Of a stretch of DNA of 64,000 nt, positions 9,544-17,198 are shown piece by piece. A program made the position numbers and the translations under genes. Within the stretch, counting starts at the first letter, position 1. Each line of letters begins with the position of its first letter. The DNA lies in NCBI GenBank assembly GCA_015065445.1, contig SVQF01000001.1:37199-101198 (forward strand), written 5' to 3'. The DNA comes from Oscillospiraceae bacterium (GTDB taxonomy: Bacteria; Bacillota; Clostridia; Oscillospirales; Acutalibacteraceae). Below the pieces are notes generated by a model, which saw only the letters and a list, made by a program, of their open reading frames with translations, had not been told where the DNA came from and did no database searches.

Positions 9544-11232
9544 ATGGCACATATAACAGGTTTTGAAAGTCTTGAAAAGATAAAGAAAATATATCCGTGC
9601 TTTGATTTGACAACAAGAAAGTTTTCCAATATCAAAGGGACAAAATTTCACGGTGGAATACCGCTTTTATATGATTCGGAAACAAAACGTTTATACATTG
9701 ATGCAAGCGATACGCACAGTTTGGTTTACGGCTCTACAGGTTCTTTGAAAACAAGAGCGATAGTATCTCCAGGTATAAAAGTACTGGGCTATGCCGGAGA
9801 GTCAATGATCATAAATGATCCTAAAGGAGAACTTTTTGCTCGACATGCCGGAGATTTGAAAAAGCAAGGATATAACATAGTTGAGATCAATTTTCGTGAC
9901 CCAAGTGTAGGAAATTCGTGGAATCCTCTTTACATTCCTTATCAGTTTTATATAAACGGCGATATTGATAAATCAGCGGAATTCATTAACGATATTTCAA
10001 ATAATTTAATGGTCAGCGACCGCTCCACTGACGATCCTTTTTGGGATTTTTCAGCGTCTGACCTTCTTTACGGCTTAATTCAACTCTTGTTTAGATATTG
10101 TAAAGATCATGATGCGCCTATCAACGCAGTAAATATTGGAAACCTCATAGCGTTACGAAGAGCGCTTTTCTCAGGTAAACAGCAAGCACAGAACACAGTT
10201 CTATGGAAATATGCCTCAGAAGATGAGCTCGTGGCAGCAAGCCTGTCTGGAAGTGTCTATGCACCGAGAGATACAATGAACAGTATTTTAAGCGTTTTTG
10301 ATCAAAAAATGCGCTCATTTACTATTCAACCGACACTGTTAGACATGCTTGCAAATAACGATTTTGATATTGCAGGCATTGGCAAGACAAAAACCGCCGT
10401 CTTTCTAATTACACCGGATGAAAAGACAAGCTATCATCGACTTGTTTCGATGTTTGTAAAAGAGAGTTATGAATATTTAATATATTTGGCAACACAGACG
10501 GAGGACAATAAGGTTGAAAACCGAATCAACTACATTTTAGATGAGTTTTCTTCTCTTCCGCAGATTGCAGATATGCCTTCAATGATAAGCGCTGCAAGAA
10601 GTCGTGATATTAGGTTTTTACTTGTTGTACAAAGCCAGTCCTCGCTCAAACAACGCTATTCTGAGGAAGCGGAGACAATAATTTCCAACTGTACTAATTG
10701 GATTTTCTTTACAAGCCGTGAATTAAGCCTGCTCAAGGAAATCTCCGAATTATGTGGAACACAAAAAAATCAAATGCCAAATATCAGCGTATATGATTTA
10801 CAGCATTTAAACAAAGAAAGACGTGAAGCGTTGATTCTGTCCGGGCGGCTTAAACCTGCCAAAGTTAATATGCTTGACATTGACAAATTCGGCGATCGAA
10901 CATATACACTTCTTTCTCACGAGCATCGCGAACGGCTAAACAGAGAAAAATTGACATTCGAGTTGAGGGAAGATATTAAAAGCAAGTATATTTCACAAAT
11001 GCCAACCAATCCGTTTCTAGATGGCAATCCCTTTAGTAGTATGTCAACGGATGATTTACATGAAAATACTTCTAAGCCAAAAAACAGTGATGTAGAAGTA
11101 GATGATATACTTAAACGAATTGATCAACGCATTGCAGAACTCGAAAAAGAGGAAGCCGAAGAACAGGAAGGTAAGGATTCACCAGATACTACTGACAGTC
11201 CTGAATCAAATAACGATAAGAAAGGAGAATAG
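9544..11232 (+). CDS. Soluble VirD4/TraG-family NTPase (no N-terminal TM anchor), paralogue 1
   Basis: P-loop-like GSTGSLKTR, then WNPL, Walker B YILDEFSSLPQI and AARSRDIRFLLVVQSQSSLKQRY. The first 60 aa contain no hydrophobic helix. The C-terminal tail is acidic. Confidence 0.85.
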   Translation: MAHITGFESLEKIKKIYPCFDLTTRKFSNIKGTKFHGGIPLLYDSETKRLYIDASDTHSLVYGSTGSLKTRAIVSPGIKVLGYAGESMIINDPKGELFARHAGDLKKQGYNIVEINFRDPSVGNSWNPLYIPYQFYINGDIDKSAEFINDISNNLMVSDRSTDDPFWDFSASDLLYGLIQLLFRYCKDHDAPINAVNIGNLIALRRALFSGKQQAQNTVLWKYASEDELVAASLSGSVYAPRDTMNSILSVFDQKMRSFTIQPTLLDMLANNDFDIAGIGKTKTAVFLITPDEKTSYHRLVSMFVKESYEYLIYLATQTEDNKVENRINYILDEFSSLPQIADMPSMISAARSRDIRFLLVVQSQSSLKQRYSEEAETIISNCTNWIFFTSRELSLLKEISELCGTQKNQMPNISVYDLQHLNKERREALILSGRLKPAKVNMLDIDKFGDRTYTLLSHEHRERLNREKLTFELREDIKSKYISQMPTNPFLDGNPFSSMSTDDLHENTSKPKNSDVEVDDILKRIDQRIAELEKEEAEEQEGKDSPDTTDSPESNNDKKGE

Positions 11233-11235
11233 ACA

Positions 11236-12276
11236 ATGAGTGCAGAACGTGAAATAATTATTGAAAACCACGAAGACAATTCCAGCGTAGATGATAATGT
11301 TCAGTTTCAGGAATATAAAGTTAATATTCCTGTCAGCAATGCGAGTGTAAAAGCTCAAACTTATTTAGAATATATTTATAAATTGGAGGACGATGATGCA
11401 CGACAGGATCTATATGATTTGATAAACAAATTTTTGAGTCAAGATCAGCAGTCGGGAGATGCAGATGATTTTCATAATTTCGCTGTAGACCTCGCTCGTC
11501 GCGATGAGTATGCACTTGCCTGCCAGATCATTGAATGCGGTTTAAAATTGTTTCCCAAAAATGTGGATTTGCTTTCGGATTATCTTCAATATGGTGTTAG
11601 TTGCAACAAGCTAGAGGAATGTAAAAAGATGTACAAGACGCTTGTTAAAATTCCCCGCAGAAGATGGACTTGGCGCGGATTTGCATTTCTTATTGATTAT
11701 CTTCAATTTTTGGTAGACCGCAGTGATTCCGAAAAAGAGATAGATGCAAAAGAAGAAGAGATGTTATCGGTTGTAAGCGACTTTAAAAAGCAATTCCCCT
11801 ATAGCGAAGATTCTTACAGAACAGAAGCAAACGTGTATCGTAGTCTAAACATGCCTGACAAAGAGACTGAAGCTTTGAAACAAGCATTGGAGCATCTGCG
11901 AATAGCTCCAAAATGTGCACTCAGATATGCTGATATAATGTTTGAACGCGGATTGTATGAGGAAGCTTCAGTAGCTATACGCCGTGCGATAAGTGATGCT
12001 ACTCAAACACAAACAAGCGTAAACGAAGGTTATCTTTATTATTTGTCTGCTCTATGTAAAATTGCGACTTCACAAAAAACAAATATGGATTTGGATTTGG
12101 ACGAGGATGCTGTAGAAGCAATTTATTCGGATTTCAATATTGCTCTTTCAAAATTCCAAGATACCAAAAACAGTTATATAGATGTAATACGCACAAAAAC
12201 CAACACTATAATTAATAAAACAGGCATAGAGGTTGATCCAAAATACGATCTCCTTTGTGAATATCTTGACAATTGA
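11236..12276 (+). CDS. TPR-like alpha-helical repeat protein
   Basis: 346 aa with repeated about-34-aa helical-hairpin patterns (..YALACQIIECGLKLFPKNVDLLSDYLQYG.., ..ALRYADIMFERGLYEEASVAIRRAI..). Confidence 0.55.
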   Translation: MSAEREIIIENHEDNSSVDDNVQFQEYKVNIPVSNASVKAQTYLEYIYKLEDDDARQDLYDLINKFLSQDQQSGDADDFHNFAVDLARRDEYALACQIIECGLKLFPKNVDLLSDYLQYGVSCNKLEECKKMYKTLVKIPRRRWTWRGFAFLIDYLQFLVDRSDSEKEIDAKEEEMLSVVSDFKKQFPYSEDSYRTEANVYRSLNMPDKETEALKQALEHLRIAPKCALRYADIMFERGLYEEASVAIRRAISDATQTQTSVNEGYLYYLSALCKIATSQKTNMDLDLDEDAVEAIYSDFNIALSKFQDTKNSYIDVIRTKTNTIINKTGIEVDPKYDLLCEYLDN

Positions 12277-12306
12277 TATTTTGGTGAAAGAAATTTTGAG
12301 GAAGAT

Positions 12307-13029
12307 ATGAGCATTGAAAACAATAAATCTCTCCAACAAGCTTGGTTAAGCGATAGGAAAAAAGAGTGGGAGAATATATCTGAGAGTAAAGACTTTGAGG
12401 ATGTTTCGTCTTTTTTTCACAACATAATCGACCATGCATCCAAAATTGATGAATCATCCTTGGTCTTGGAGTTCTTACTTTTTCTTGAATCGTGTTATAA
12501 AGAAATAAATGGATTTCCAAATATTTTATTTGGACTATATGGTCTTACCTCTTTGGGCCTAAGTGCATATAAAAATCACGAATACCAAAATGCTGAAGTT
12601 GCGTTTAGAATTCTTTCAGATAGTGGCGATTCTAACGGCCTAAACAATTATGCCTACATGATGCGCAGAGGTGAAATATCTGACCCAGAAAATAATTCAC
12701 CGTTAAAGGCTCTCAAAATTCTAAGAGAGGAATTTTGCAACACTGAACCATTTATGTGTATTAATATATCCTTAACCCTTGCTCTTTGTTATGGAACGGA
12801 TAACGATTGGCATCTTGCGGATGATATAATAAAACTAATACCCAACAATAATGTTTCAGGTGTAATAAACTGGTGGTCAGATATTGAAAATGTCGGAACA
12901 ACTGAATGTTTAGTAGTTCATTTGTTATTGTTACGAAACAAACTCATTGAAGAAAGTACATTTGGAACAAAAGAGGAAATAATAAAAAAACTAAAGAAAG
13001 AAAAATTTAATATACCTAAATGGATTTAG
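12307..13029 (+). CDS. Sel1-like/TPR repeat protein
   Basis: GDSNGLNNYAYMMRRGE resembles a Sel1 repeat core. Confidence 0.5.
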   Translation: MSIENNKSLQQAWLSDRKKEWENISESKDFEDVSSFFHNIIDHASKIDESSLVLEFLLFLESCYKEINGFPNILFGLYGLTSLGLSAYKNHEYQNAEVAFRILSDSGDSNGLNNYAYMMRRGEISDPENNSPLKALKILREEFCNTEPFMCINISLTLALCYGTDNDWHLADDIIKLIPNNNVSGVINWWSDIENVGTTECLVVHLLLLRNKLIEESTFGTKEEIIKKLKKEKFNIPKWI

Positions 13030-13035
13030 ATAATT

Positions 13036-13080
13036 AAAAACAGAACGCTCTTTGCAAAAGCAGAGAGCGTTCTGTTTTTG
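13036..13080. terminator. Bidirectional intrinsic terminator closing module A
   Basis: A-run, then an 11-bp stem cagaacgctct / agagcgttctg, then a T-run. Confidence 0.7.
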
Positions 13081-13189
13081 TATATTAGACGAAATAAATT
13101 AGACATTCAGATAAATTGAATTTGTAAAAATTGGAGAAATTAACCACACATACGTATTAAAAAACGAAACTGCAAAAGGAGGTTTTCTG

Positions 13190-13735
13190 ATGTCTACTAT
13201 TACTAAAAAATGGGATGAAAAGAAAATTCGCGACATTATCCGTGCACTTGATGAAAAAACCGGACTTAATGGTGCTGCGTATCCCATTAGACTTACTGAG
13301 TACCAATCAGATGTTTTGAGTTGTTTAGGTTGCTTCATGGCCGTTGGTAAAAATAAAGGATTTAAGTTTGCCATTGATTATTTTAACGATCCTTTTACCA
13401 AAGAAGCTGAAGTGATAGATATAATCCGTCATGAGTATGCACATTATTATACTGATACTGTACAACTTTATAGATATATTAATTATTCACATAGCGAACG
13501 TTCACACGGAGATGCATGGAAATGGGCATGCATAATGGTCGGAGCAGAACCCAAGCGTTACCATGATGTGGAATCGTTCAAGGATAAAAACTGGTCCATT
13601 GATGAAGCAAAAGCTGCGTATAGAGCCGATGACGTGCCTGAATTTAATATACGCAGGGCTATTAGATTCGGAGGGTCGTTAACAACTAATGCAAAGAAAT
13701 TATCTTGGATTTTATTAAATGATAAAATGGGTTGA
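13190..13735 (+). CDS. SprT-like zinc metalloprotease, ending at an in-frame TGA
   Basis: HEYAH (HExxH) followed by SHGDAWKWAC, which matches the SprT pattern HExxH...HGxxWK. TGA at 13733-13735 is followed in the same frame by 67 sense codons (see findings). Confidence 0.75.
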   Translation: MSTITKKWDEKKIRDIIRALDEKTGLNGAAYPIRLTEYQSDVLSCLGCFMAVGKNKGFKFAIDYFNDPFTKEAEVIDIIRHEYAHYYTDTVQLYRYINYSHSERSHGDAWKWACIMVGAEPKRYHDVESFKDKNWSIDEAKAAYRADDVPEFNIRRAIRFGGSLTTNAKKLSWILLNDKMG

Positions 13736-14045
13736 GCGAATGCTTATTATGAACCCGGTGACGAAGTTCTCCATCCCAAAAGGGGCTTTGGAGTTGTCGA
13801 TGATGCAATTCCCTGTGGATACTATGGACAAAAGGTGTATGTTGTTTTTGATGATCATACCGATGGCGTATTTAAAACAGAAGAATTATGCAAAGTTATT
13901 GATGGGGTTGTTATTCCATACAGTACGAAAAAACGATAATAGAAACTCTATTGTGACTTCAATGTCGCAAAAAATGGAGATTTTGGAAGTAGTTTCGTAT
14001 GTAAGAATGGGAACGACCCAATATTCAAATTTCAAATGAGAAAGG

Positions 14046-14651
14046 ATGAAAAGAATGAACAAATATGAATTTAAAGCGACCAATCTTATTGCAGAGGTTT
14101 TTGAAGAGCATGGAGTAAAGTTTGATGTGAAAAATGCACATGGGTTTGAAACTATTGTAGCCGGATTTCCCATTGATGGTGGACCTCTTATTACCGAAGA
14201 ATTCATTAGTAATAGTAATGATAATGATGTAGCAGTAAGAGTTTTTCGCATTGTAACAAACACTCCTGAAGCCAGGAGAACCCGTGCAATGGAGGCGTGT
14301 AATATCTTAAACAAAGAGGTGCGTTGTTTAGAATTTACCATTGATGATGATGGTGACGTTAATGCTTCATATGACTTTTTGAACAGCACTCCCGATGAAG
14401 CAGTGGGAGAAATGGCTCTTGAAATATTTGTACGAACAATGAAAATTCTTGATGACCGATTTTGTGTATTGATGAAGGCAATTTACACAAACGAAGAACT
14501 CAATCAAGAAGAGAAGAAACGCAAACTGGAACTTCTTCGCAGATTTCAGGCTGCTCTTAAGGAGGCAGAGGACAGGAATGACGATGGAGAAGCTAACGAC
14601 GAAGAGCTTGACAATTTCGCCTCGTGGTTAGCTGACGAAGTTGCTAGTTAA
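14046..14651 (+). CDS. YbjN-like (secretion-chaperone-fold) protein with an acidic C-terminus
   Basis: 201 aa. The alternating strand/helix pattern (..FDVKNAHGFETIVAGFPIDGG.., ..FTIDDDGDVNASYDF..) resembles YbjN-family proteins. Confidence 0.5.
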   Translation: MKRMNKYEFKATNLIAEVFEEHGVKFDVKNAHGFETIVAGFPIDGGPLITEEFISNSNDNDVAVRVFRIVTNTPEARRTRAMEACNILNKEVRCLEFTIDDDGDVNASYDFLNSTPDEAVGEMALEIFVRTMKILDDRFCVLMKAIYTNEELNQEEKKRKLELLRRFQAALKEAEDRNDDGEANDEELDNFASWLADEVAS

Positions 14652-14662
14652 ACAGCATAAAA

Positions 14663-14734
14663 TTCCCGCCCGATGAGGTTAGTTGGCGTCTAACCGAAAC
14701 TATGGCAGTATTATTGCTGTCATGGTCGCGGGGA
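14663..14734 (+). ncRNA. Type I hammerhead ribozyme (core CCGAUGA ... GAAA ... GUC)
   Basis: Stem I is 14663-14669 paired with 14728-14734. The core is 14670-14676. Stem II is 14677-14682 paired with 14690-14695. GAA is at 14696-14698. Stem III is 14699-14708 paired with 14717-14726. C17 is at 14727. The only deviation from consensus is C instead of U at core position 4. Confidence 0.7.
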
Positions 14735-14775
14735 GCCATCCGCTTAATAAATAATGTAAATAGGAGGTATTGACA

Positions 14776-15495
14776 ATGTCAAACTACAACTATGGCGATT
14801 ACGAAGAAGTCGCTCCCGAAAACATCAATGAATCTCATATGCCTGTTTTAATCGCAGGTGATATTTCAGGAAGCATGGCGGGTTTACCTATTCAAAATGT
14901 TAACAAGTCAATCAACCGCTTCTCCAGTGATGTTTGTAAGGATTCAAAAGCAGCAGCAAGGGTCGATGTTGCAGTGATTGGATTTAACGATGCTCCTCAT
15001 ATCGAGCAAAATTGGCGACCAATTACTGAAATGAACCCCGTAGAATTCACTGCTGGAGGTGGCACTAACATTTCTGCAGCTCTTGAGAAAGGTGTAAATA
15101 TGCTTCGCGATAGAGGTCACCTTTATGAAGATGTTGGCATCGATGTAAAAATGCCTTATCTAATTCTTATTACTGATGGTTATGGCGGTGATGTTACCGA
15201 GATAGCTGAAGTTATCAAGCAGCGCACGGCTGACCGTAAAATGAAGCTGTGGGTTCTTGCAGTTAAGGGCTATGATAAAGCAACTGTCGCTCAGTTAACA
15301 GATGGTAAACGAGTATTTGAATTAGTTAATGAAGACGGATATGATTTTACTGAATTCTTTGACTTTATGGCAGTTAGTGTAAAAGCCGTTTCAACTAGCG
15401 CACCCGGTCAGGACACTGTTAACGTAAAATCAAACATTGGTCGAGATGGTTCTAATTGTCGTGTTCCCGACCTTGATGCATGGCTTAATGATTGA
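14776..15495 (+). CDS. vWA-domain protein (TerY-like), TerY-P triad component
   Basis: MIDAS motif DISGSM near the N-terminus and ILITDG later on. ATG 14776 follows AGGAGG. Confidence 0.85.
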   Translation: MSNYNYGDYEEVAPENINESHMPVLIAGDISGSMAGLPIQNVNKSINRFSSDVCKDSKAAARVDVAVIGFNDAPHIEQNWRPITEMNPVEFTAGGGTNISAALEKGVNMLRDRGHLYEDVGIDVKMPYLILITDGYGGDVTEIAEVIKQRTADRKMKLWVLAVKGYDKATVAQLTDGKRVFELVNEDGYDFTEFFDFMAVSVKAVSTSAPGQDTVNVKSNIGRDGSNCRVPDLDAWLND

Positions 15496-15503
15496 TATGA
15501 TGC

Positions 15504-15544
15504 TGTGATTCTGACTGAACCAAACTTGTTCAGCCAGAATCACA
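15504..15544 (+). other. Long intercistronic stem-loop between the vWA and PP2C genes
   Basis: tgtgattctgactgaac / gttcagccagaatcaca give 16 of 17 paired positions with a 7-nt loop and no T-run. Confidence 0.5.
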
Positions 15545-15560
15545 TAAACGGAGGTTCACT

Positions 15561-16667
15561 ATGATTATTTATAAAAGTAACATGGCCGGTCCATACCATA
15601 TTGAAAATGGGCTGCCTTGTCAGGACTCATATGCGGTCCTTCAAAGTGAGAACTTTTGCGTTTTAGCTGTAACTGATGGTTTAGGAAGTGAATTATATTC
15701 TGATATTGGTGCTTCCGAGGCCGCTAGTTCCGCTGTCAATTATTGCTCAGAGAATTTATCCGTTAATATGGCTTTTGAGGACATTAAAAAAGTTATGAAC
15801 AATGCCCTTGTATGTGCATATAAAGCTGTACTTGAAAGAGCTGCGTGTGATAATAATGACCCAGATGAATACGATACAACCATGTGTTTGGCTGTTTATG
15901 ACGGTGAACACCTGTACTATGCGCAATCGGGTGACAGCGGGCTTATAGCATTACTGCAAAACGGAGAATACTACCGAGTTACATCTCAACAGCGAGATGA
16001 TGAAGGAAGGGTGTATCCACTGTGTTGGGGTCCGGATAAATGGGAATTTGGATGTGTTAAGTCACCCGTTTCTGCTTTTATGCTGATGACTGACGGAGTC
16101 TTTGAACAGATGTGTCCCCCGATTATGCGAAATCGCGATATTGATATCAATGTTCCTCTTGCCAGAAAGTTTATGGATCACTTTAATGCAACTGAAAATG
16201 ATATATTTGATATTGAAAAGTGGGCACATGAATACCTTGAACACTATCCGAGATATCTTCTTGATGACGATAAAACTATACTTGTGCTAATTAACACCGA
16301 GCGAAAGCCTAAAGAAATGGATGAAGCTTATTATGCAATTCCCGATTGGGAATCCATGAAAACTGAGGCTTTAGAAAAACTATATAACAATTCCGAGGAA
16401 CCTGATAATCAGGATGGTGAAAGAATTGATTCAAATAGTACATCGATAGAGTCAGAAATGTATATTAGCAAAGACGATGAAACATTAACCGACAAGAAAC
16501 CCATTTCAAAAAACAGAATAGAAGCACAAAACAGTGTTGCGAATAATAGCATTGGTGAAAAAATATCAGACGCACAAAATCAATATGATTCTCAGAAAAC
16601 GGGTGATACTGAAACAGCACATTCTTCAGCTATAAATGACGTAAAAAAAAACGACTGTTCAACATAA
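15561..16667 (+). CDS. PP2C-family protein phosphatase, TerY-P triad component
   Basis: CQDSY..AVTDGLGS..GDSG..LMTDGV motifs, with a low-complexity C-terminal extension. Confidence 0.8.
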   Translation: MIIYKSNMAGPYHIENGLPCQDSYAVLQSENFCVLAVTDGLGSELYSDIGASEAASSAVNYCSENLSVNMAFEDIKKVMNNALVCAYKAVLERAACDNNDPDEYDTTMCLAVYDGEHLYYAQSGDSGLIALLQNGEYYRVTSQQRDDEGRVYPLCWGPDKWEFGCVKSPVSAFMLMTDGVFEQMCPPIMRNRDIDINVPLARKFMDHFNATENDIFDIEKWAHEYLEHYPRYLLDDDKTILVLINTERKPKEMDEAYYAIPDWESMKTEALEKLYNNSEEPDNQDGERIDSNSTSIESEMYISKDDETLTDKKPISKNRIEAQNSVANNSIGEKISDAQNQYDSQKTGDTETAHSSAINDVKKNDCST

Positions 16668-16723
16668 CTATAAGCCGAAAATTTAATACATTTGTAATTA
16701 TCGGCCTTTTTCTGTTCGGACTT

Positions 16724-17185
16724 GTGTCATGGCTCTTAAAGTCAGTCATTCAAAAGCATGTGGCAGTTAGTGCTATAGGCATAATGTTAGTGTGTTTCTT
16801 TGCAAATGCATCTGTCCTGCTGCCATCTTCAAGCATTTTCATTGTGGTTGAATACTCTATGATAATTAATCCACTTCTTGTAGCGCTTTGCGGAGCAATC
16901 GGCTCATCACTTGGAGAACTAACAGGATTCTATTTAGGAAGATGTGGAACATCTGTCATTCCAAAAAAAATCACAATATGGATACAAGAAAAGATGTCAT
17001 GTCATAAATACTTAGTTGTGTTTTTATTCTCTGTGTTGCCTTTGCCAATTTTTGATATAGTCGGAATTCTTTCAGGGGCGACAAAAATGAATGCTTTGAA
17101 GTTTTTAGGAATATGTTTCGTCGGAAAACTGATCAAGATGTTATGTTATGTTTGGTTGATGCACGAAATGGTGCTATTTGTTTAA
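16724..17185 (+). CDS. Small DedA/VTT-like polytopic membrane protein
   Basis: 153 aa with four hydrophobic helices. GSSLGELTGFYLGR resembles the VTT/YqaA motif. GTG start. Confidence 0.5.
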   Translation: MSWLLKSVIQKHVAVSAIGIMLVCFFANASVLLPSSSIFIVVEYSMIINPLLVALCGAIGSSLGELTGFYLGRCGTSVIPKKITIWIQEKMSCHKYLVVFLFSVLPLPIFDIVGILSGATKMNALKFLGICFVGKLIKMLCYVWLMHEMVLFV

Positions 17186-17198
17186 AAAGGAGGAATCA

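Noticed and set aside
9544-11232. Calling this (or 19825 or 25375) the ICE's conjugative coupling protein
   Set aside because: All three lack the N-terminal TM anchor and lie in separate cargo operons far from the T4SS genes. The genuine T4CP and relaxase may be upstream of the window, so a transfer role cannot be fully excluded.
13733-13735. Selenocysteine decoding of the in-frame TGA
   Set aside because: There is no obvious SECIS-like hairpin immediately downstream, the sequence context does not resemble a redox Cys/Sec motif, and TGA is used as a normal stop elsewhere (for example the sortase gene at 4557-4559).
13719-14389. ORFs 13719..14039 (+) and 13886..14389 (-)
   Set aside because: Both overlap better-supported coding frames (the Tudor-like continuation of the SprT frame and the YbjN-like gene). 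Their translations are low-complexity and hydrophobic, and they lack ribosome-binding sites.
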